A DNA stretch of 64,000 nucleotides, from NCBI GenBank assembly GCA_964641155.1, contig CAZXJO010000001.1, forward strand, positions 313,595-377,594, given 5' to 3'. Shown one piece after another: positions 57,944-64,000 of this stretch. The position numbers and the translations under genes were made by a program. The stretch is from an uncultured Desulfurococcaceae archaeon (GTDB lineage Archaea; Thermoproteota; Thermoprotei_A; Sulfolobales; NBVN01). The first letter of the stretch is position 1, and each line of letters begins with the position of its first letter. The notes under the pieces are model-generated. The model did not search any database. It saw nothing but the letters and a program-made list of their open reading frames with translations, and was not told the origin of the DNA.

Positions 57944-58020
57944 CTAGTCCTGCATCACCCTCAGCAGTTGATGTTCCTGCAGGGCTTAAATATGGTGATT
58001 CAGGTCGCGCTAAGTCCTGA

Positions 58021-58713
58021 TTAGCGGAGCTTTGACTCCAACTTCAGAAGGTTCAGTAACCTCTCAGCCCACTTAAACTTCCTCAACTTCGTCGGCGTTG
58101 CATGCGAGTCAGCCGCCATCGTCGGCTTAGAGTACTTACCCACTAACCCACTTCTCAAGTCAAATCCCACTAACTTTATGGTCCTAGCTCCGAAAAAGTT
58201 CGCTAGGTAAGCGGCTCTATCACCGTCCGTGAAGCCCCCGTAAATCCTCAGCTTACCAACCTGAACACATTGGGTGGTGCCTAGCAAGCGACCCTCTATG
58301 GACGCCACGTAACGTAACAGCTTATCTACGTTATCACCATGGGCATGAACCACGTAGACCACATCCTCGTACTTTAGGTCCTCAGGCCTCAACCCATCTA
58401 AGTCTGTTACCACTACATGTGGCCTGAAACCGGCTTCCAAGCAACACCTCATAGCCCCATCAGCTGCGATAAGGGCGTCGGGCTCAACATCCAAAGACAT
58501 GAGCTCCTCAAGACATTTAGGCCCTGCACCAACTACGTAAACCTCTCCACCCCCTATCAATTCCTTGAGGTATCTCTCCACCTCGTAAATAACCTCTAAC
58601 CCAGGGAGGAGCATGTTAAGGATCTGTGATGCATGGTAATCATCTGAGTAGCTGAAGCCCATGTCCGAGCGTATGTAGTCATATATGTGGGACCACCTAA
58701 CACTATCCCTCAA
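58021..58713 (-). CDS. mptE: 6-hydroxymethyl-7,8-dihydropterin pyrophosphokinase (MptE-like)
   Basis: Y..IR.D.GF....D, VGAGP, AADGA, VVTDLDG, VHAHGDN, GGFTDGDRA, GFD, KL.WAE. Confidence 0.85.
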   Translation of the reverse strand: MRDSVRWSHIYDYIRSDMGFSYSDDYHASQILNMLLPGLEVIYEVERYLKELIGGGEVYVVGAGPKCLEELMSLDVEPDALIAADGAMRCCLEAGFRPHVVVTDLDGLRPEDLKYEDVVYVVHAHGDNVDKLLRYVASIEGRLLGTTQCVQVGKLRIYGGFTDGDRAAYLANFFGARTIKLVGFDLRSGLVGKYSKPTMAADSHATPTKLRKFKWAERLLNLLKLESKLR

Positions 58714-58805
58714 AACTGTTCCCTCAGCTGTTTTTACCAGACTTTACGAATTTATGGTACTTTTATAACTGGTTACGCCCTTCTGATAGTAGAGTGAGGT
58801 AGTAA

Positions 58806-59453
58806 ATGACGGATGAGTCCTGCGGACTGTTAGGACGGTACCTGAGGTACGGTCACCACGAATCCTTAGTAACCACTGTGGATATTGATGGACGCCCCAA
58901 CGTTGCTCCTATGGGGGTTGAATTAGCCGGGAATAACGTAATCTTAAAGCCCTACATAACTACGAGGACCTACGCCAACATAGTGAGGTCTGGAGAGGCT
59001 GTCGTGAACGTGACTTCCGACGCATTGCTTTACTATTATGCCCTCTTCAATCCTGAGAGGATTAAGTACGGAAAATCGAGGTTGGTTAAGCCGCCTAGGG
59101 TTTTAGGGAACGTGGATCTGTACGCGGAGTGCGCCGTCGTGGAGGTCACTCCACGCGGTGATGTAGGATTAACTTCGTTAAGGCCCCTATGTTGCCACAG
59201 GGGCAGCGGTAGTAAGCTGGCCTTCAGCAGAGCTAATTCCTCAGTTATTGAGGCCTTAGTCCACTACACTAAGCTCCTCCACTTCGTGAACACGGGTAAC
59301 CTAGAAGAAGCCAGGCTTAGGTACTCAGCCATTGAGGCCGCGCGCGGTATTGTCTTAAAGGTAGGTAATGAGGTGCTTAGAAAAGTCATTGATGATATAT
59401 GGGTTAAGAGTTTGCAACTGGTTGGAGGGCATAGCCCGTTAGAGGGCTTTTGA
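58806..59453 (+). CDS. DUF447-like protein (split-barrel flavin-binding fold)
   Basis: ESLVTT...PNVAPMGV, TY.N, FSRA...VIEA.VHYT. Confidence 0.8.
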   Translation: MTDESCGLLGRYLRYGHHESLVTTVDIDGRPNVAPMGVELAGNNVILKPYITTRTYANIVRSGEAVVNVTSDALLYYYALFNPERIKYGKSRLVKPPRVLGNVDLYAECAVVEVTPRGDVGLTSLRPLCCHRGSGSKLAFSRANSSVIEALVHYTKLLHFVNTGNLEEARLRYSAIEAARGIVLKVGNEVLRKVIDDIWVKSLQLVGGHSPLEGF

Positions 59454-59463
59454 GGCGGCGGGT

Positions 59464-61164
59464 ATGCAGGCATTAATTCTGGGATTCCTGGTAGGGCTCC
59501 TGATGGGCTTCATAGACACGTACGGGTACGCCATCACTGGGTACACAACCGCTGAGTTATCACCTATTACGTCATCAATAATCATCTACACCCTTTACCT
59601 ACTCATTTTCAGGAGGAAGATACCTCTGCTTGAACACTTCCTAGCAACCATAGTTGCTACAGGCTTCTCAATAACCACAACGATAACTTCAGGTATGTAC
59701 ATAACGTACACCATGCTTTCGAAGGTTTCAGAACCAACGCGGATCCGCCTCCCAAGCTGGACCTACTTCAAGGAATCCATGGACTTCAACACCTTTTTCT
59801 TCTACCTGTTTGCCACATCCGTAACTGTTTCAGGTGTCTTAATAGCCTACGCCTTCCACAAGCACTTCATAGAAAGGGAAAAGCTTCCCTTCCCAATAGG
59901 CATAGCCCTGACGCTGGCGGTCTCCGTAGTTAGGCTCCTGAGGTCCAAGAACGTCATCATACCAGTGTTGGTTGGGTTTTTCCTGGAGTTACTTTACTTA
60001 GCCGCGGCACCACCAGCGATAGACCTAACACCTATGACGCATTCTGTTTTTCCCGGAACATCATTGGCAATTTCGTTGGACTTCATGGTTTTATTAATAG
60101 CCCTCCTAATGCCCCTAAACACGTCGTTGGGTGTGGGTTTAGGTAACATAGCTATGTACACTATAGTGACGTCTTACCTGGTGTACTCGGGTCTGTTCAG
60201 GCCATTACCAGTTGCCACAGCTCAGGAGTTAGCCGTCTCGGCCTCACCGCTTACTGCTTCCATCCTGGTAGGCTCTATAATCACTGCCACAGCATTCTAC
60301 ACCCTTCATGAGCGTAGACTGTACTCATCAACTATTAAGTACTTGATCATGTCTAAGTACGAGCTCAAGAGGTTGGCCGTAGCATTATTAATACTGGCGT
60401 CGACGTTAGTAACCCCCCTACTGATCTATCCCGACATGCTTAACCCAGTAACAGCCTTATTAATGATTCTCTTAATCCCTCTTTACGTCTTCATAACTCT
60501 TATGACCATAAGGGCGACCGGTGAGACCGGAACTACCTCCCAATCAACCCTCCCCCTAGTAACGCTGACTTTATTCGGCTCCGGTTGCAGGGGGGCGGTT
60601 CCATACGTGTTCTTAGACCCTTACACAGGTGTGCCGATGCCTCAATTCGTGGCGGGTACGTCTACGGCTATGGCTAAGTCAGCTAAGTTACTAGGTGTTG
60701 ATGTTGAGCTTACGTCATACATCTTAGCTGCCTCCATGCTGTTGAGCGCGCCCATAACCCTCATGTACGGGCACCTACTCCTAAGCATATACGGTGTTGA
60801 GTCAGCTAAGTTCAACTTAGTCCGTTGGCTACCCACAGTCACTTGGATGAAGTCCATATATTCAGGTGATTTAAGCGCCTTCAGCCTTGAGGCGGTGTTG
60901 GTGGGTGTTGCGGTTTCGCTGACTTTGGGGGTTCTATTCAGACTCACCAGGGTAGGTATATCGCTGTTCTCGGTAATGTTAGGCATAACGTTGACGCCGG
61001 ATGTGGCCTTTCTCTTCATAATAGCAAGCTTGATCAAGTACCTAGCGTTAAGACTGGGTAGTGAGGTATATGAGTTCCTCCTAGTTAACGTTGCACTAGG
61101 GCTCGCCGGCTGCGGCATAGCGATAGCCGCGCACACCTTACTAACAATGAGCTCGGTGATCTGA
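59464..61164 (+). CDS. OPT-family oligopeptide transporter-like membrane protein
   Basis: Many TM helices, EKLPFP.G.A, RATGETG; OPT-like pattern. Confidence 0.65.
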   Translation: MQALILGFLVGLLMGFIDTYGYAITGYTTAELSPITSSIIIYTLYLLIFRRKIPLLEHFLATIVATGFSITTTITSGMYITYTMLSKVSEPTRIRLPSWTYFKESMDFNTFFFYLFATSVTVSGVLIAYAFHKHFIEREKLPFPIGIALTLAVSVVRLLRSKNVIIPVLVGFFLELLYLAAAPPAIDLTPMTHSVFPGTSLAISLDFMVLLIALLMPLNTSLGVGLGNIAMYTIVTSYLVYSGLFRPLPVATAQELAVSASPLTASILVGSIITATAFYTLHERRLYSSTIKYLIMSKYELKRLAVALLILASTLVTPLLIYPDMLNPVTALLMILLIPLYVFITLMTIRATGETGTTSQSTLPLVTLTLFGSGCRGAVPYVFLDPYTGVPMPQFVAGTSTAMAKSAKLLGVDVELTSYILAASMLLSAPITLMYGHLLLSIYGVESAKFNLVRWLPTVTWMKSIYSGDLSAFSLEAVLVGVAVSLTLGVLFRLTRVGISLFSVMLGITLTPDVAFLFIIASLIKYLALRLGSEVYEFLLVNVALGLAGCGIAIAAHTLLTMSSVI

Positions 61165-61165
61165 G

Positions 61166-62752
61166 TTGTTGGAAATCATCGCACCGCTGGTTTATTTGTC
61201 TGTTCTCACGTTCATAGTGTACCATGTCATCAAGGCGTTTAAGACCTCGCATCACGAGTTGAGGGAGGAAATCGCTGAACTCCGCAAAGACATTTCATCG
61301 AGGTTGGTGGTTACCTATAAGGTGGTTGCGGGATTCATACGTACCCCACTATTAATGCTGGCATTGCTCATGCTCTCAGCCTGCATGATGCTCTCCGCAC
61401 TTTCCACCCACTACACCCTGGCCGTGAGCTCCAGGTGTGTTGGTGAGACTGGCATGCACGCCATCTACGTGGGGTTTAAAGAGCCGGTTCCAGTGAGCGA
61501 GGTTGATGAGTATTTGAAGGGGTTCGAGCATGCTGACGTCTACGTGAGGTACGTGCTCAATCGTAGGTTGGTGTTGAGTCTTGACGGGGAGGAGCTGCGG
61601 ATATATGCCTTAGTTGGTTTACCGCCGTGTAAATCCGGAAGACTACTGGGTCTGAAAATTGACGACAGCACGCTCGTGGTAGGTGGTGACGAACCCCGCA
61701 GCTACGTATTGACACACATCGACGTTAACTACACCTTAATCACTGTGAACCCAAAAACCCTGGAGGAAGTCACAATATTCTATAGGATACCTCTACTCCC
61801 TGTGGAGGCCTACTTAGGAACTAAGCCGGTGACTGTACCATCAGATAAGGTTTTGATTACAACCCCGTCCACCGCCTCAAAGCTAATTGGATTATCAGAA
61901 ACAGTTACGACTGATTTAGTCATAGAACTCACTGCTGACGGTTTAGAAGCCGCTGACCTGAAGTTGCTTAATGAATTAGCGAGCAGATATGGAGCCGTTG
62001 TTATGATTTTAAGGAACGATGTCCTCGAGACCTTAAGCGGTTATGGATTACCCACGACTGAGTCATTGACCTCAGCACTTATTTCAGCACTCATCTCCTC
62101 AATAATACTGTCAGCTACGTTCTCGGCCCTACAACCTAGGGTGAGGCAAGCGTACAGTAAGTTAAGCAGTATCGGTCTCCAACCTTGGAACTTCACAACC
62201 ATTTTAACGATCTTCGTAGCGGCTCTCATCACCTCGGTGGGTGTTTCAATGATCGTTATGATCGATCGGTTGTTCGGCACGCATTCAGCTTTAAACTCAT
62301 TTATAACTTTCATAGCCTCAGCCACAACCTCCGTCGTGTTCGCCAGTAAGAAGGTGTTTAACGTAGGTGCTGTTGAAGCTGTCCCGGTACCGACGTCAAC
62401 TAAGTTTAACTTGATAATTAGGGGGTCGAACGCGTGTGAGGTTCTAGGACGTGTTTCCGAATTACTCAGGGAGGAGGATTTCTTTGAACTTAAGGATCTG
62501 GACATGAGGTGTGAGCGTTCTGAGGGGTTCCTGCATGCTTCTTGCAGGTTTAAGGGTTCGTGGGGCATAGGTGTTGACCTGGACGTTTTTGTTGGTAAGT
62601 ACGGGGATGACGGTGTGGAGTTGTCTTTTAACATATCCGCTTGGAGTGTTGAGGAACTCTCGGAGAAGCAGCTTGAAAGCGTTCTAAGACTCTTCCAATC
62701 TAAGATATTGGGTGGTGTTGAGGTGTGGGCCTCAGTCCAGGGTGCTTGGTAG
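61166..62752 (+). CDS. FtsX/MacB-like ABC permease
   Basis: TM, large extracytoplasmic domain, TM, R.R.....SIGL loop, three TMs, soluble C-terminal domain. Confidence 0.55.
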   Translation: MLEIIAPLVYLSVLTFIVYHVIKAFKTSHHELREEIAELRKDISSRLVVTYKVVAGFIRTPLLMLALLMLSACMMLSALSTHYTLAVSSRCVGETGMHAIYVGFKEPVPVSEVDEYLKGFEHADVYVRYVLNRRLVLSLDGEELRIYALVGLPPCKSGRLLGLKIDDSTLVVGGDEPRSYVLTHIDVNYTLITVNPKTLEEVTIFYRIPLLPVEAYLGTKPVTVPSDKVLITTPSTASKLIGLSETVTTDLVIELTADGLEAADLKLLNELASRYGAVVMILRNDVLETLSGYGLPTTESLTSALISALISSIILSATFSALQPRVRQAYSKLSSIGLQPWNFTTILTIFVAALITSVGVSMIVMIDRLFGTHSALNSFITFIASATTSVVFASKKVFNVGAVEAVPVPTSTKFNLIIRGSNACEVLGRVSELLREEDFFELKDLDMRCERSEGFLHASCRFKGSWGIGVDLDVFVGKYGDDGVELSFNISAWSVEELSEKQLESVLRLFQSKILGGVEVWASVQGAW

Positions 62753-63153
62753 CTGTTAAAGTCATGATTAGGGGTAGGGGGATTTACATATCATCAACTG
62801 TATCACTCTTACTGCTGTATTATTCAGTATTCGTGAAAAACCCGCAGGTAATGGACCTACTCATCTTGATGAGCGTGTTAAATGTGTTGACAGCAGTCCT
62901 ATCGGATTCCGATGGTCACAACACCTTATTCTACACATTAAGGATTTCTGGGGCCAAGCCCTCAACCGTTACGGCCTACATAGTAACGGTATCCGTACTC
63001 GTATCCCTCATAAGTTCGGTACCGGTTGCGGTGGGAGGGGACTTCTTCAAGGAGTTACTGGTCTTAACCGTTGATGTCTCATCATCCGTAGCTCTCCTCC
63101 ACTTAACTCACTTAAGGATTAAGAAGCACCTCACGTCACTTACCTCTTGGTAA
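62725..63153 (+). CDS. Small multi-pass membrane protein (FtsX-like fragment)
   Basis: 4 hydrophobic segments; TLRISGAKPS loop resembling the FtsX G-loop; overlaps the upstream gene. Confidence 0.5.
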   Translation: MGLSPGCLVAVKVMIRGRGIYISSTVSLLLLYYSVFVKNPQVMDLLILMSVLNVLTAVLSDSDGHNTLFYTLRISGAKPSTVTAYIVTVSVLVSLISSVPVAVGGDFFKELLVLTVDVSSSVALLHLTHLRIKKHLTSLTSW

Positions 63154-63384
63154 GTGGGGATATGAAGTTGCTTCTGTGTAACGTAAATTATTTGTCACTT
63201 AGGGTCTGTGCCCGGTTGGAGGTTAAGCCTGAATAAGTGCGGGTCGGTAAGTACCGGATTGGTGTGGGCTTCACCACTTCACGGCGGAAGCCCACGAATG
63301 AGGAAGGATGAAAAATAACGCAAGGCCGGAACGGTATAATATTAACTTCCGGGATCTAATTAGTGGTAAGTGAGGTGGTGGGTG

Positions 63385-64000
63385 ATGTCAGACATCTCTG
63401 TGATGCTTAGGGATGTATGGAAGAGCTATAAGTTCGGCAGTGAGGTAGTGACCGTTTTGAAGAACGTTAACGTGTTCTTCAGGCGAGGTGAGATGGTAGG
63501 TATCTACGGCCCCAGCGGGTCAGGTAAGACCACGTTGCTCAGGGTTGTAGCGGGTCTCGAGAGACCTGATAGGGGTGATGTGATAGTCGGTGGATACAAC
63601 TTAAACCTACTAGACGAGGTAGGCCTATCGATGATTAGGAACTCTATAGTCAGTTACATACCCCAAGATTACGGGCTGGTTGAGACGTTAACAGTTTTCG
63701 AGAACGTGGAACTTCCACTACTTATCTCAGGGGTAGATAAGTTAAGTAGGTTGAAGAGGGTTTCGGAGGTCGTAGAGTACATGGGTTTGAAGGGTAAGGA
63801 AAGGTTGAGGCCCACGCACCTGAGCGGTGGTGAGAGGCAGAGAGTAGCAATTGCGAGGGCGTTAGTCACCACCCCATCAGTGCTCCTGGCCGACGAACCC
63901 ACAGCAAACTTAGACTGGAGTAACGCAGTTAAGGTGATGGAGCTCTTCAGAAATGTCAGGACGGACTTTAACACAACCATAATAGTGGTCACACATGACC
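63385..64000 (+). CDS. ABC transporter ATP-binding protein (LolD/MacB type), truncated by the window end
   Basis: Read manually from ATG 63385: GPSGSGKTT, LSGGERQRVAIARAL, ADEPTANLD, VVTHD; SD GAGGTGGTG. Confidence 0.95.
   Translation, partial: MSDISVMLRDVWKSYKFGSEVVTVLKNVNVFFRRGEMVGIYGPSGSGKTTLLRVVAGLERPDRGDVIVGGYNLNLLDEVGLSMIRNSIVSYIPQDYGLVETLTVFENVELPLLISGVDKLSRLKRVSEVVEYMGLKGKERLRPTHLSGGERQRVAIARALVTTPSVLLADEPTANLDWSNAVKVMELFRNVRTDFNTTIIVVTHD

Noticed and set aside
82-63992. Numerous antisense/shadow ORFs in the track (e.g. 3030-3416, 4544-4996, 12840-13196, 56380-56901, 60642-61136, 62041-62634, 63669-63992)
   Set aside because: They are fully nested opposite well-supported genes, are Ser/Thr/Leu-rich as typical of antisense frames, and have no motifs.
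1-64000. CRISPR arrays, transposases, integrases, tRNA-derived att duplications
   Set aside because: No regularly spaced repeats, transposase/integrase motifs or duplicated tRNA 3' ends were seen by eye; short or degenerate elements could have been missed.

Overview
Archaeal chromosomal DNA with Thermoproteota (crenarchaeal) hallmarks: crenarchaeal-type SSB, split Rpo1, a splicing endonuclease with a crenarchaea-specific loop, and non-canonical tRNA introns. It is probably Desulfurococcales-like, but this cannot be verified from the sequence. The window is mostly core genome: the RNA polymerase/ribosomal protein operon (rpo2-rpo1N-rpo1C-rpl30e-nusA-rps12-rps7), tfb, a TAXI-TRAP transporter, the glycine cleavage genes gcvH/T/PA/PB, polyamine genes, glyS, lysS, endA, map and ubiX. 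It also holds five tRNAs (one with a D-arm intron, one with two introns, one with a canonical intron), a stand-alone 5S rRNA and two candidate box C/D sRNAs. The most interesting accessory-looking block is 46.2-54.9 kb. There a type IV pilin, an assembly ATPase and a TadC-like protein are tightly coupled to an 803-aa beta-rich protein with no signal peptide, a VirB4/HerA-like ATPase and a DUF1614-like membrane protein. A perfect palindrome abuts the TATA box and a winged-helix gene is transcribed divergently. This is a candidate DNA-uptake/exchange or secretion machine. Other points are a methanopterin-like pterin biosynthesis cluster, an OPT + FtsX-like + ABC transporter block, a frameshifted aminotransferase, an atypical 5S loop C, and unexplained structured intergenic regions. 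No CRISPR array, transposase or integrase was seen. All family assignments come from motif recognition by eye, not from database searches.
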